Part shown: piece after piece, positions 10,315-22,500 of the stretch
Layout of the letters: each line of letters begins with the position of its first letter
How positions within the stretch are numbered: position 1 is the stretch's first letter
Assembly: GCA_902800045.1 (NCBI GenBank)
Contig: CADCCZ010000001.1
Location: 436,640 to 500,639, forward strand
DNA: 64,000 nucleotides
From: an uncultured Bacteroidia bacterium
GTDB taxonomy: Bacteria > Bacteroidota > Bacteroidia > Bacteroidales > ML635J-15
Direction: 5' to 3'
The notes under the pieces: model-generated
Seen by the model: the letters and a program-made list of their open reading frames with translations, nothing else
Database searches by the model: none
What the model was told of the DNA's origin: nothing
Made by a program: the position numbers and the translations under genes

Positions 10315-11797
10315 GGCAATTCCATCATATACAATTTCGGTGTCGGCAGGCAACCATGGAACAATATCGCCAAGCACCAATGTTACTGTCATGGAAGGCG
10401 GAAACCAGACATTTACGTTTTCAGCAGACGCATGCTACGAAATAGGGGATGTAAGAGTTGACGGAGCAACAGTAAGGCTCGACGAAAACAACACATATAC
10501 GTTCACAAACGTAACAGCCAACCATACAGTTGAAGCTACATTTGATATTCTCACTTACACAATTTCCGTAACAGCAAGCGAACACGGCTCTGTTACCCAC
10601 AACGACGAAGTAGGTGATGCCGTTGTGAACTGCGGTGACAGCCAGAGTTTCACAATCGTGGCTGACGACAGCTGCAGATTGGTAAGAGTAATGGTTGACG
10701 GAGTGAATGTGACCAATCAACTTGTCAATGGAGTTTACACATTCTCAAATGTAACTGCTGACCATACCATAGTGGCGACATTCGAGGAAACCCCGCTATA
10801 TACAATTAGCGTTTCTGCAAACAACGATGAGTTTGGTTCGGTAACCGGTAGCGGAACTTATATGGAAGGTACTGATGTTACAATTACAGCCACACCGAGC
10901 TACGACTATCACTTTGTGTCGTGGGACGACAATAACACCGACAATCCGCGAACAATCACAGTTATGGGTAATGGAACATATGTCGCCAACTTTGCACGAA
11001 ACCAGCACACAATCACTGCGATTTCGGCTGATCAAAGCAACGGTTCTGTTACTGGTGGCGGTACATACGATGTAGGCGAGGAAGTCGTGTTGACGGCTTT
11101 GCCAAATGCTGGTTACCGCTTTTTGTCGTGGAACGATGGCATGGAAATTAATCCTCGTACAATTGTTGTTGAGGGTGATAGCTCTTTTGTGGCAAGTTTC
11201 AAGGCAATATACACCATCACAGTGTTGTCAAACAACAATGAATACGGAACGGTGTCGGCTGGTGGAATATATGATGAAGGTGAGGAGGTGACTTTGACTG
11301 CCGAACCAAACATAAGGTACTGCTTTATAGAGTGGAACGACGGCAACACCGACAATCCGCGTACAATTACCGCAACAAGCGATATTACCTATGTTGCCGA
11401 ATTCAGTAGAACTGCACATTTAGCAATCGACACAACTGCAACAAGTTTTCTTACAATTGACGACCATACATTTTATGCTAGCGGAATGTTCTCGTATGTA
11501 AAACCATCGGAATTAGGTTGCGATACAATCGTAAACCTCAACCTTCGCATACTCGATGAGCCAAAATCATGTGATATAAGTCCAAACCCTGCGAAGAGCA
11601 TGATCAGCATATCGTCGGAGGATTATATTTCTTCTGTAGAGATTTATTCTACAACGGGAAAACTCGTATTGCAGAAGGAAATCAATGCAAATAGGGCAGA
11701 GATTAACGTCGAATGGCTTGTGTCGGGAGTTTATTTTGTAAGGCTGTTTGGCGATGATGAAGGACAGCCCACAGTTCAAAGATTTATAAAGGAGTAA
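10172..11797 (+). CDS. BspA-family protein 2, C-terminal part (stalk repeats and T9SS CTD)
   Basis: Homologous frame begins at about 10275 (NVVADHTISATFE) and continues 8146-10274 in a different frame. Confidence 0.75.
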   Translation: MKWNSRKYQFLQLQRQLTNTVQSVLAVMFLCQKAVNVVADHTISATFEAIPSYTISVSAGNHGTISPSTNVTVMEGGNQTFTFSADACYEIGDVRVDGATVRLDENNTYTFTNVTANHTVEATFDILTYTISVTASEHGSVTHNDEVGDAVVNCGDSQSFTIVADDSCRLVRVMVDGVNVTNQLVNGVYTFSNVTADHTIVATFEETPLYTISVSANNDEFGSVTGSGTYMEGTDVTITATPSYDYHFVSWDDNNTDNPRTITVMGNGTYVANFARNQHTITAISADQSNGSVTGGGTYDVGEEVVLTALPNAGYRFLSWNDGMEINPRTIVVEGDSSFVASFKAIYTITVLSNNNEYGTVSAGGIYDEGEEVTLTAEPNIRYCFIEWNDGNTDNPRTITATSDITYVAEFSRTAHLAIDTTATSFLTIDDHTFYASGMFSYVKPSELGCDTIVNLNLRILDEPKSCDISPNPAKSMISISSEDYISSVEIYSTTGKLVLQKEINANRAEINVEWLVSGVYFVRLFGDDEGQPTVQRFIKE

Positions 11798-11798
11798 C

Positions 11799-14700
11799 AT
11801 GAAGAAGATCTTAGCATATTTCCTCTTTGTTTTTCTGCTTTGCACAAAAGTTATGGCCTACGATTTTACGGCTGATTGTGTTACAGGGCAAACGCTATCG
11901 TATACTATTACTTCCGATACCATCCCATACACGGTGGCGCTGGTAAGGGGCGACGAATATGTGTCGGGCGACCTTGAAATTCCCGCATCGGTTGAGTATA
12001 ACGATATAGTATATTCGGTTACGGCTATCGCCGATTCGGCTTTTTATCAAAATTATGCATTGACTTCCGTAATCGTCCCCAATACGGTAACGTCAATTGG
12101 CGATGCCGCTTTTTATTTTTGTGGTTTGAGGTCTGCTTCCGTGCCGACTTCTGTAACATCTTTTGGTAGTCATATATTTTATGGCAATAACAATCTTTCG
12201 GCAGTGTATAACGAAGATACTTTTATTCATGGCGGTCCTAATAGTGAATATGTCATACCGGACGGAATAAAAACTATTTGCCAATTTGCATTCTCTAGTA
12301 ACCAATATCTTACTACAGTTACTATACCCTCATCGGTAACATATATTGGACAGCATGCATTTTCATATTGTAGTGCATTGACTACTATAAACTATAATGT
12401 GCCGAACTGTATTCACGGCGGTAGCGAGGGGTATTCTGCGTTTTTTTCATGTAATAACGTTACAACCATAAATATTGGCGAAAATGTAGAAGTTATTCCA
12501 CAATATATGTTTGCAACATGCAGCGGACTTACGTCTATAACTCTTCCCAATTCTTTGCGTGAAATAGGTGAGCGTGCATTTTCAGAAACAGGATTGACAT
12601 CGATAACGATTCCGGAAAATATAACATCCATGGGTTCTGGCGTTTTTTATAGATGCACAGGACTAACAACGGTAAACTTCAATGCAACTAATTGCTCTAT
12701 TTCTGGTATTAATCTCTATGTTATGTTCCTCGATTGTCCAGTAACAACTGTGAATATTGGTGAAAATGTAACAAGTATTCCTGACCAGATGTTTTATGTT
12801 CTTGAAAGTTTGCAGTCGGTAACAATTCCGGAAAACGTAACATCAATCGGGAAATGGGCATTTGCTAATTGCACTAATCTGACGACTGTCAACTTTAATG
12901 CAACAAACTGCACGTATATGGGTATTGAGTCCCAACCTGCTTTTGCATTCAATTGGACTAGTACGCTTACGACCCTGAATATCGGTGAAAATGTAACCCG
13001 TATTCCCAATTATGCTTTTGCATATTGTACCAACCTGTCGGAAATAACGATTCCTGCTTCTGTCACAAATATTGGCGATGGTGCATTTACTAATTGCAGT
13101 AGCCTGACTACTGTCAACTATAATGCGCAAAACTGTACCTGCGATGGCACTCCGGTAGCTGCGTTTCGTTCATGTTCCAACATTACAACTATAAATATCG
13201 GCGAAAATGTAGAAGTTATTCCGCAATACATATTTCATAGTTGCTCTGGAGTTACTTCGATAACATTTCCAAATTCCTTGCGCGAAATAGGTGAACGTGC
13301 ATTTTATGGTTGTGGTCTGGAATCTGTTACTATCGTTCCATCGCTTACTAATATAGGCAGTGAGGCATTTAAGAATTGCAGTAGCCTGACTGCAGTTAAC
13401 TACAATGCAATAAATTGTACGGTGGCGGGTCTTTCTTCGAGAAATTCCATGTTCGGTTCCGCTTTGACATCTCTGACTTTCGCCGAAAATGTAAAAACCA
13501 TTCCTGGATATGCGTTTTATAACTGTAGTGGCCTTACTGGAACCTTGACATTGCCCGATTCGCTTGAAAGTATAGGGTATGGAGCATTCTCCGGATGTAC
13601 CGGTTATACAGGGACATTGACAATACCGGAATCGGTTACAAGCTTTGAGAATAGTGTGTTTTCCAATTGTACAGGTTTGACTTCTCTTGTTTTCAATGCG
13701 ACCAACTGTACGGCAATGGGCTTTTGCTTTTCTGGTTGTACATCGTTGACAAGCTTGACTATAGGCGAAAATGTAACAAATATTCCAGATTATGCGTTTC
13801 GCGAATTGGGCCTGACAGGAACATTAACAATTCCAGAATCTGTAACAAGTATTGACGAATGGGCATTTTACGGATGTAGCGGATTGTCGGAGATTGTGAT
13901 TGGCAACTCGGTTGCGAGCATTGGTAATAGTGCTTTTAGGGTGTGCACCGGCTTGACATCGCTTACAATACCGAATTCGGTTACAAGCATTGGCTATTGG
14001 GCGTTTGCCGATTGCAGCAATCTGACTACAGTCAACTTCAATGCGACGAACTGCACCAGCATGGGGGAATCCAGTTATCCTGCGTTTGGTGGTTGCCCGT
14101 CATTTTCGACCTTGCATATCGCCGAAAATGTAACCGAAATTCCAGGATTGGCTTTTTTTGATTGCGAAAACATCACCGACATATATGTGTATTCGAGTAC
14201 GCCGCCAACAATTGAAAACAGTATAGCATTCACATCTGCCGCATATTCCAATGCAACAGTTTGGACTCCGTGTCCTGCCGCGGCAACCTATAGAAGCGAC
14301 AGCCAATGGGGTGAATTCGTAAATATCAGTAACGAGCAAACATCCATTTTTAATATAGCCGTACAAACTGCCGATGCTAGCATGGGCGATGTCGCAGGCG
14401 ATGGAAGTTTTACCTGCGATACAGAAGTGACCCTTACGGCTACGCCCAACGACGGCTATCGTTTTGTAGCGTGGAACGACGGCAACGAGGATAATCCGAG
14501 AACAATCACTGTCGCTGGCGACAGCACCTTTGTTGCAAGCTTCAGGGCTTTACATACGATAACAGCTACGGCAGGTACGGGCGGAACAATATCACCGAGC
14601 GGAGAAGTGACAATTGACGAGGGCTCCGACCAGTCGTTCACAATTACACCAAATACAAACTATCGTCTTGTAAACGTAATAGTTGATGGTTCGTACGATG

Positions 14701-16055
14701 TCACAGGACTGCTTGTCGATGGCATTTACACATTCGTGAATGTAGTGACCGACCATACCATAACGGCTACATTTGAGGCTATCCCATCATATACAATTTC
14801 GGTGACAGGTGGCAGTCATGGAACAATATCGCCAAGCACCGATGTAACTATTCTAGAAGGCGGAAACCAGACGTTCACATTCACTCCGGACGCTTGCTTT
14901 GAAATAGGAGAAGTAATGGTTGATGGAGCTTCGGTAAGACTTGATGCGAACAACTCATATACTTTCACAAACGTAACAGCCGACCATACGGTTGAAGCAA
15001 CCTTTGTTATTCTCACATACACAATTGCCGTAACGTCGAGCGAGCACGGCTCTGTCACCCACAACGACGAAGAAGGTGATGTTGTAGTGAACTGCGGCGA
15101 CAGCCAGAGTTTCACAATCGTGGCAGACGACAGCTGCCGATTGGTAAGTGTAATGGTTGACGGAGTGAATGTTACCAGTCAACTTGTCAATGGAGTTTAC
15201 ACATTTGCCAATGTGACTGCAGACCATACAATTTCAGCGACATTCGAGGAAATTCCGATTTATACTGTTACCGTGTCGGCAAGCAACGACGAGTATGGCT
15301 CGGTTGCTGGCGGCGGCGAATACATGGAGGGAACAGAAGCTACCATAAGTGCCACTCCAAGCGAAAACTGCCACTTCGTTTCGTGGAACGACGGTAATAC
15401 AGAGAATCCTCGTACATTTACGGTCATGGACGACAATACTTTTGTCGCTACTTTCGAGAGAAACCTATGCACGATTACGGTGCTTGCATCCGATTCTGAC
15501 TTCGGAACTGTAACTGGCGGCGGACAGTATGCCATAGGCGATACAGTAGTGCTTACAGCAACGCCTGGCATTGGCTACTGCTTCATATCGTGGGACGACG
15601 ACAGCCTCGCCAATCCGCGTAGCTTTGTTGCGGCTGGCGACAGCACTTTTGTCGCCGAATTCAGTGCGACAGCCCACCGTGCAGTCGACACCACTGTTAC
15701 AAGCTACCTTACTCTCGACGAGCATACATTTTATGTTAGTGGAATCTATTCGTATGTAATTCCTTCGGATATTGGCTGCGATACTATTGTCGACCTTACG
15801 CTACAGGTTCTCGATGTGCCCGAGACATACGACATAAGTCCAAATCCAGCGAAGAGCATGATCAGCATATCGTCGGAGAATTATATATCGTATGTTGAGT
15901 TTTATACCATTGGCGGACGACTAGTTATGCAAAAGAAAGTGAATGCCAATAGTGTAGAGATAAATGTCGAAGGACTTGTTTCGGGCGTGTATTTTGTAAG
16001 GTTGTTTGGCGAATGCGGGCATGTGCCGTCGGTTCAAAGGTTTGTTAAGGAATAA
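11799..16055 (+). CDS. BspA-family LRR surface protein 3 with stalk and T9SS type-A CTD
   Basis: Intact 1418-aa ORF with the same architecture. Confidence 0.9.
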   Translation: MKKILAYFLFVFLLCTKVMAYDFTADCVTGQTLSYTITSDTIPYTVALVRGDEYVSGDLEIPASVEYNDIVYSVTAIADSAFYQNYALTSVIVPNTVTSIGDAAFYFCGLRSASVPTSVTSFGSHIFYGNNNLSAVYNEDTFIHGGPNSEYVIPDGIKTICQFAFSSNQYLTTVTIPSSVTYIGQHAFSYCSALTTINYNVPNCIHGGSEGYSAFFSCNNVTTINIGENVEVIPQYMFATCSGLTSITLPNSLREIGERAFSETGLTSITIPENITSMGSGVFYRCTGLTTVNFNATNCSISGINLYVMFLDCPVTTVNIGENVTSIPDQMFYVLESLQSVTIPENVTSIGKWAFANCTNLTTVNFNATNCTYMGIESQPAFAFNWTSTLTTLNIGENVTRIPNYAFAYCTNLSEITIPASVTNIGDGAFTNCSSLTTVNYNAQNCTCDGTPVAAFRSCSNITTINIGENVEVIPQYIFHSCSGVTSITFPNSLREIGERAFYGCGLESVTIVPSLTNIGSEAFKNCSSLTAVNYNAINCTVAGLSSRNSMFGSALTSLTFAENVKTIPGYAFYNCSGLTGTLTLPDSLESIGYGAFSGCTGYTGTLTIPESVTSFENSVFSNCTGLTSLVFNATNCTAMGFCFSGCTSLTSLTIGENVTNIPDYAFRELGLTGTLTIPESVTSIDEWAFYGCSGLSEIVIGNSVASIGNSAFRVCTGLTSLTIPNSVTSIGYWAFADCSNLTTVNFNATNCTSMGESSYPAFGGCPSFSTLHIAENVTEIPGLAFFDCENITDIYVYSSTPPTIENSIAFTSAAYSNATVWTPCPAAATYRSDSQWGEFVNISNEQTSIFNIAVQTADASMGDVAGDGSFTCDTEVTLTATPNDGYRFVAWNDGNEDNPRTITVAGDSTFVASFRALHTITATAGTGGTISPSGEVTIDEGSDQSFTITPNTNYRLVNVIVDGSYDVTGLLVDGIYTFVNVVTDHTITATFEAIPSYTISVTGGSHGTISPSTDVTILEGGNQTFTFTPDACFEIGEVMVDGASVRLDANNSYTFTNVTADHTVEATFVILTYTIAVTSSEHGSVTHNDEEGDVVVNCGDSQSFTIVADDSCRLVSVMVDGVNVTSQLVNGVYTFANVTADHTISATFEEIPIYTVTVSASNDEYGSVAGGGEYMEGTEATISATPSENCHFVSWNDGNTENPRTFTVMDDNTFVATFERNLCTITVLASDSDFGTVTGGGQYAIGDTVVLTATPGIGYCFISWDDDSLANPRSFVAAGDSTFVAEFSATAHRAVDTTVTSYLTLDEHTFYVSGIYSYVIPSDIGCDTIVDLTLQVLDVPETYDISPNPAKSMISISSENYISYVEFYTIGGRLVMQKKVNANSVEINVEGLVSGVYFVRLFGECGHVPSVQRFVKE

Positions 16056-16060
16056 AAATG

Positions 16061-16092
16061 TGGTTGGGAAAAATCAGCCCTCATTTTTTTTT
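16061..16092 (+). terminator. Probable intrinsic terminator
   Basis: GGTTGG/TCAGCC stem (two G-U pairs) with a T9 run shortly after. Confidence 0.5.
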
Positions 16093-16134
16093 GTGATTCA
16101 ATACATTTGCATTATTTTTGTAGGGAAATTGTAG

Positions 16135-17997
16135 ATGAAGTTACGGACTATGAGGAAATTGTTAATATTATTACTCATTGTTGTCGGTATTGCCAATTGT
16201 GCATTGGCATACGATTTCTCGGCTGTATGTAGTAGCGGGCAAACCTTGTTTTATACCATTACATCCCGAGAGGAGCCTTTCACGGTGCAAATTGTGAGTG
16301 AAAATACGTCGTCTCCTTACTATACGACCAATCCTACAGGCGATCTCGTGTTTCCTGAGTCTGTCGAATATAACGATACAATATTTTCTGTTACAAGCGT
16401 TAATAGTTATGCTTTTTCTGGATGTAGTGGATTGAGTTCGGTTACAATTCCCACATCCATTACATACTTTGGTTATAGAGCGTTTTATGATTGTTCTGGC
16501 CTTTATGCCGTTTATTATGCAGGAGATATTGCTGGTTGGTGTGAAATTACATTTTATAACAGTGAAGGAAATCCGCTTGGAAAGGCTCGTAATTTATATA
16601 TAAATAATGAGTTGCTTACCAATTTGGTAATTCCTGACGGCGTTGAAGAGATTGGTGATTATGCTTTTTATTCTGCAACTTGCTTAACATCGCTTACAAT
16701 TCCTAGTTCGGTTACGAGTATTGGTGATGATGTGTTCTGTAATTGCTACAATCTGCAAACTATTACAGTCGACTCTGGCAATGCTTATTATGATTCGCGC
16801 GAAAATTGCAACGCATTAATTAGAACATCAAATAATACACTGATTCAAGCTAGTAGAAACACAATTATTCCGAATACTGTTACATCAATTGCAGATGACG
16901 CATATACAAACGGAGGACCATTAACTGTAATAATACCCAATTCTGTTACTAGTATTGGCGATTATGCATTCTATGGTGCCAAAGCAACAACAATTTCACT
17001 TGGCACAGGGCTTACTAGTATTGGTCAGTATGCATTTACTTATTCGGACTGGTACGATAATCAACCAGATGGTATAATGTATTTGGATGATTGGTGTATA
17101 GCTTACAAAGGAACCCTAGATGCTGCGATTACTATACAAGAAGGAATAAGATATATTGCAAGTTCTGCGTTTAAATTCAATAGCGCTATTACTGAAGTAA
17201 CGCTTCCAAGTACTCTGGAAGGCATAGGTGAGTATTCGTTTTATAATTGCGATAACATTACTACCATAAATATACTTGCAAGTACACCGCCGACACTTCA
17301 AGGTTATACATCCACTCCTCAAAATTTTTCAGCATCAGTTTTTTCTTCGGCAACCGTATGGACTCCATGTCCAACAGCTGCTGTTTACAGAAGTACCAAC
17401 CGCTGGCGGAATTTTGCAAATATTCGTAACGAGCAAACATCCCAATATAACATAGCCGTGCAAACAGCCGATGCTAACATGGGAGATGTTTCTGGCGACG
17501 GAAGTTATACCTGCGATACGGAAGTAACCCTTACAGCAACCCCCAACGACGGCTATCGTTTCCTGTCGTGGAACGACGGCAACGAAGACAATCCAAGGAC
17601 AATCACAGTCGCTGGCGACAGCACATTTGTTGCAAGTTTCAAGGCTGTGTATACAGTTACGGCAAGTGCGGGCGATAACGGTTCAATAGATCCAAGCGGC
17701 ACCACAACAGTAGAAGAAGGAGACAATCTTCGTTTCACATTCTTGCCAAATACAGGCTATCGCATTGCCAGTGTGATAATTGACGGTACAAACAATATTA
17801 CCTCACAGGTATACAACAATGAATATACCTTTACCAATATTACATCCAATCGCACAATTGCAGTGGAATTCGAGGAAATACCAATTTTTACAATTACAGC
17901 GGCAGCTAACGAATACGGTACAGTCAGTCCTAGCGGTGATGTTTCTGTGCCAGAAGGCAGACATTTGAGGCAATCCCATCATATACAATTTCGGTGA
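16135..17997 (+). CDS. BspA-family LRR surface protein 4, N-terminal part (frameshift after 17960)
   Basis: Signal peptide (start 16135 or 16150) and LRRs. Homology ends at VSVPEG, with 142 bp missing relative to gene 6. TAnnTTTG motifs at 16102 and 16113. Confidence 0.8.
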   Translation: MKLRTMRKLLILLLIVVGIANCALAYDFSAVCSSGQTLFYTITSREEPFTVQIVSENTSSPYYTTNPTGDLVFPESVEYNDTIFSVTSVNSYAFSGCSGLSSVTIPTSITYFGYRAFYDCSGLYAVYYAGDIAGWCEITFYNSEGNPLGKARNLYINNELLTNLVIPDGVEEIGDYAFYSATCLTSLTIPSSVTSIGDDVFCNCYNLQTITVDSGNAYYDSRENCNALIRTSNNTLIQASRNTIIPNTVTSIADDAYTNGGPLTVIIPNSVTSIGDYAFYGAKATTISLGTGLTSIGQYAFTYSDWYDNQPDGIMYLDDWCIAYKGTLDAAITIQEGIRYIASSAFKFNSAITEVTLPSTLEGIGEYSFYNCDNITTINILASTPPTLQGYTSTPQNFSASVFSSATVWTPCPTAAVYRSTNRWRNFANIRNEQTSQYNIAVQTADANMGDVSGDGSYTCDTEVTLTATPNDGYRFLSWNDGNEDNPRTITVAGDSTFVASFKAVYTVTASAGDNGSIDPSGTTTVEEGDNLRFTFLPNTGYRIASVIIDGTNNITSQVYNNEYTFTNITSNRTIAVEFEEIPIFTITAAANEYGTVSPSGDVSVPEGRHLRQSHHIQFR

Positions 17998-19451
17998 CGG
18001 GTGACAATCATGGTACAATATCGCCAAGCAGCGATGTTACTATCATTGAGGGCGGAAGCCAGACGTTTACATTCTCGCCAGATGCTTGCTATGACATAGG
18101 GGATGTAAGGGTTGACGGAGCCACGGTAAGACTTGATGCGAACAACTCATATACGTTCACAAACGTAACAGCCAACCATACAGTTGAAGCGAACTTTGCT
18201 ATTCTCACATACACAATTTTCGTAACCGCAAGCGAGCACGGCATCGTAACCCATGATGGTAACGAAGACGATGCAGAAGTGAACTGCGGCGACAGCCAGA
18301 GCTTCACAATTACGGCTGCCGATAGCTGTCGTCTAGTAAGCGTAATCGTTGATGGGCAGGATGTTACAAGTCAACTTGTGGATGGCGTTTACACATTTAC
18401 CAATGTGACTGCAGATCACACAATAAATGTGACATTCGAGGAGATTCCGATTTATACTATTACCGTGTCTGCAAGCAACGACGAGTATGGCTCGGTTGCT
18501 GGCGGCGGCGAATACATGGAGGGAACCGACGCTACCATAAGCGCAACACCAAACGAAAACTATCACTTTGTTTCGTGGGACGATGGCAGAACTGAGAATC
18601 CACGCACATTTACGGTTATGGACGACAATACTTTTGTCGCCACTTTCGCCCGCGACCAGAGCACAATCACCGCACTTGCTTCCGATTCAAACTTCGGTTC
18701 TGTGTCGGGCGGTGGAACATACGATGTAGGAGCCACGGTTACCTTGACGGCAATTCCGAATGCTGGTTACCGTTTCTTGTCGTGGAATGACGACAGCGAT
18801 GACAATCCAAGAACTATTGTTGTCGATAGCGACAGCACATTCATTGCAAGTTTCAGGGCATTATACACAATAAGCGTAATTGCAAACAACGATGAGGGCG
18901 GTTTGGTTTCGGGTAGCGGAATATACGACGAAGGGGCTGAGGTTGTTATAACTGCAACACCGAATGTCGGCTACTGCTTCATTGAGTGGAACGATGCCAG
19001 CACCGACACCTTGCGTACTATTACCGTTACAAGCGACAGTACCTTTGTCGCCGATTTCAGTGCGACAGCATACCGAACAGTCGATACTACGGTGACAAGC
19101 TATATTACAATTGACGACCATACGTTTTATGCAAGCGGAATGTTTTCGTATGTAAAACCATCGGAATTAGGTTGCGATACAATCGTAAGCCTCAATCTTC
19201 GCATACTCGACGAGCCCAAATCTTGTAATATTAGTCCAAATCCTGCGAAGAGCATGATCAGCATATCGTCGGAGAATTATATTTCTTCTGTAGAGATTTA
19301 TTCTACAACGGGAAAACTCGTGTTGCGGAAAGAAATTAATGCAAATATGGCCGAGATTAACGTAGAGTGGCTTGTGTCGGGAGTTTATTTTGTAAGGTTG
19401 TTTGGCGAAGATGGAGGACAGCCATCGGTTCAAAGGTTTGTAAAGGAATAA
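17994..19451 (+). CDS. BspA-family protein 4, C-terminal part (stalk repeats and T9SS CTD)
   Basis: Stalk repeats and ISPNPAKS...RFVKE CTD; continuation of the upstream ORF in another frame. Confidence 0.75.
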   Translation: MTGDNHGTISPSSDVTIIEGGSQTFTFSPDACYDIGDVRVDGATVRLDANNSYTFTNVTANHTVEANFAILTYTIFVTASEHGIVTHDGNEDDAEVNCGDSQSFTITAADSCRLVSVIVDGQDVTSQLVDGVYTFTNVTADHTINVTFEEIPIYTITVSASNDEYGSVAGGGEYMEGTDATISATPNENYHFVSWDDGRTENPRTFTVMDDNTFVATFARDQSTITALASDSNFGSVSGGGTYDVGATVTLTAIPNAGYRFLSWNDDSDDNPRTIVVDSDSTFIASFRALYTISVIANNDEGGLVSGSGIYDEGAEVVITATPNVGYCFIEWNDASTDTLRTITVTSDSTFVADFSATAYRTVDTTVTSYITIDDHTFYASGMFSYVKPSELGCDTIVSLNLRILDEPKSCNISPNPAKSMISISSENYISSVEIYSTTGKLVLRKEINANMAEINVEWLVSGVYFVRLFGEDGGQPSVQRFVKE

Positions 19452-19489
19452 AAAAAACTTTAAGTTCTTGAATTATTAAACTTTTTTCT

Positions 19490-19497
19490 TATCTTTG
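19490..19497 (+). promoter_or_regulatory. -7 promoter element TATCTTTG for LRR gene 5
   Basis: TAnnTTTG consensus upstream of ATG 19524. Confidence 0.6.
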
Positions 19498-19523
19498 CCA
19501 TCATATAAGAAGTGTTTTATTGT

Positions 19524-22500
19524 ATGAAAAGGCAAATAGCGCTATTTATATTTTCCATTATACTTTGCGGTAGTGCAATTGCCTACGATTTTTCGGCGGT
19601 ATGTAGCAATGGGCAGACTTTGTTTTATAATATCATTTCCGATACTCTGCCTTATACTGTGGAAGTTACAAAAGAAACTTCATCATATCCTTACTATTCC
19701 AATGAGCTTACTGGGGTTGTTGAAATTCCAGAATCTGTTGAATACAACGAAATGACATACTCCGTTACAAGTATAGGCGATTCTGCATTTTGTTATTGCC
19801 GTAACATGACATCAATAATAATCCCTAATTCTGTGACGAATATCGGTGATAAGGTATTTTATTATTGTACAGGATTATCTGAATTAACAATTCCCTATTC
19901 TGTTGACAGTATTGGCATGGGGGCATTTTCCGAGTGTAGAGGATTGACAGAGATTACAGTTCACGAAAATATGACGAGTATTGGCAAGGGAGCTTTTGCT
20001 TATTGTAGCGGGTTGACAACAGTCAACTTTAATGCAACTAATTGTACATATATGGGATATGGTGATAGTCCTGTATTTTCTTATTGTACTGCATTGGCGA
20101 CTTTGAATATTGGAGAAAGAGTGACTAGTATTCCTCCTTTTGCATTTTATGGATGTAGTGGCCTTGCAGAGCTAACAATTCCTGATAATGTTACAAGTAT
20201 TGGTAATTCTGCATTTGCTAAATGCAGTGGCTTGGTTGAGGTAACAATTCATGAAGGCATAACATATATTGGCACTTTCGCATTTTATCAATGTTATGGA
20301 CTGATGACTCTCAATTTTAATGCAGTTAACTGCACATACATGGGAACTTCTGGGCAGCCTCCTTTTTCGCAGTGTACTTCGTTGTCAACCTTGAATATCG
20401 GTGAAAATGTGACCTTTATTCCCGAATATGCATTTCGTTTATGTGACGGAGTTGCTACAATAAACTACAATGCAACTAATTGTTCGACGATGACTTCAAC
20501 GTATGCTGGACTAACAGTATCTGCATTTTATGATTGTTCTTCGTTATCAACCTTGAATATTGGTGATAATGTCGAAAGTATTCCTGAAAAAGCGTTTCAG
20601 GATTGTCCAATAGTTGGTGCATTAGTATTACCAAATTCGGTTGTTAGTATTGGTTATAGCGCATTTGGTAATTGTGATAGATTGACTGAGGTTACAATTC
20701 CTAGTTCGGTCACTAGTATAGGTGAATATGCTTTTTCTCATTGCGATTCTCTCACAACTGTCAATTTCAATGCAATAAATTGTGCAGATATGCCACTTAA
20801 TGTTTTTGTAAATAACAATGCTTTTTCAACTTTGAATATAGGAGAAAATGTAACAAAAATTCCTGCAAATGCATTTTATGAGTGTTATAGCCTGACTGAA
20901 GTGATAATACCAAATTTAGTGACAAGCATTGGCCGATATGCCTTTAGAGATTGTACTAGTCTATCGTCGGTTACAATCCCTAGTTCTGTAACCAATATTT
21001 ATAATGGCGCATTTACAGGATGCAGTGGACTTGTTGAGTGCCATTATATGGGCGATGTTGCAGGATGGTGTGGAATTACAATTGGAAATGTTACGGCAAA
21101 TCCATTTTATTGGGCTCAGAATCAATATATAGGAGAAGAGCCCATTATAGATTTGATAATTCCAGAATCGGTATTCGAGATAATGCCTTTTGTATTTTAT
21201 GGAATATCCAGCATTACAACAGTAACATTCCCTGAATCAATTTCAAGTATTGGAGATCATGCTTTTTATGATTGCAGTGGATTAACTACTGTAAATTTTA
21301 ATGCAATCAATTGTTCGATGATGGGGGATGGTAATTACTCTGTATTTTATAATTGTACCTCTTTATCGACTTTGAATATTGGAGGAAATGTGACAAGTAT
21401 CCCATATGATGCGTTTCGCAATTGTGATAATATAATAGATATAAATGTGTATTCGAGTACGCCGCCAACAATTGCTTCATCATCTGTTTTCGAATCTGCA
21501 GTGTATTCAAATGCAACAGTGTGGACACCTTGTCCAGCTGCAACAAACTATAGAAACGACAGCCGATGGGGGCAATTCGCTAACATCCGGAACGAGCAAA
21601 CGACCATTTATAATATAGCCGTGCAAACAGCTGACGCTAACATGGGCGATGTTTCTGGAGACGGCAGTTTTACCTGCGACACAGAAGTGGAGCTTATAGC
21701 AACACCAAACGACGGTTACCGTTTCCTGTCGTGGAACGACGGCAACGAGGACAATCCGAGGACAATCACTGTAGGTGGCGACAGTACCTTTGTTGCAAGT
21801 TTCAGGGCTATACATACCATAACGGCGTCAGCAGGCGAACATGGTTCAATATCTCCAAGTGGAGATGTAACTGTCGATGAGGCTGCCGACCAGTCATTTA
21901 CAATAACACCAGACACATACTATCGTATTGCCAGTGTAATAGTTGACGGGCAGACAGATGTTACCGCACAGCTTGTCGATGGCGTCTATACCTTTGCCAA
22001 CGTAACCGAAGACCATACGATTTCGGCAACGTTCGAGATTATTCCATACACGATCGAAGTTGCTGCCAACAACGACGAGTTCGGTTCGGTTTCGGGCGGT
22101 GGCACATACAATGCTGGAACCGAAATAAGCATCACGGCAACGCCAAACGAAAACTGCCACTTTGTGTCGTGGAACGACGGCAATGCCGACAATCCGCGCA
22201 CGTTTATTGTCACTGGCGACAGCACTTTTGTAGCCACTTTCGAGAGAAACCTTTGCACTATAACAGTGCTCGCATCCGATTCCGACTTTGGTTCGGTAAC
22301 AGGCGGTGGACAGTATGCCATAGGCGATACCGTAGTGCTTACAGCAACGCCGAACATCGGCTACTGCTTCATATCGTGGGACGACGATAGCCTCGCCAAT
22401 CCGCGTAGCTTTGTCGCAGCCGGCGATAGCACTTTTGTTGCCGAATTCAGTGCGACAGCACATCGAGCAGTCGACACCACGGTAACAAGCTACCTTACTC

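Noticed and set aside
5718-13875. DGR-style template/variable repeat pair among duplicated LRR blocks
   Set aside because: Differences between copies involve all bases and many synonymous third positions, not adenine-specific changes, and no reverse transcriptase is in the window.
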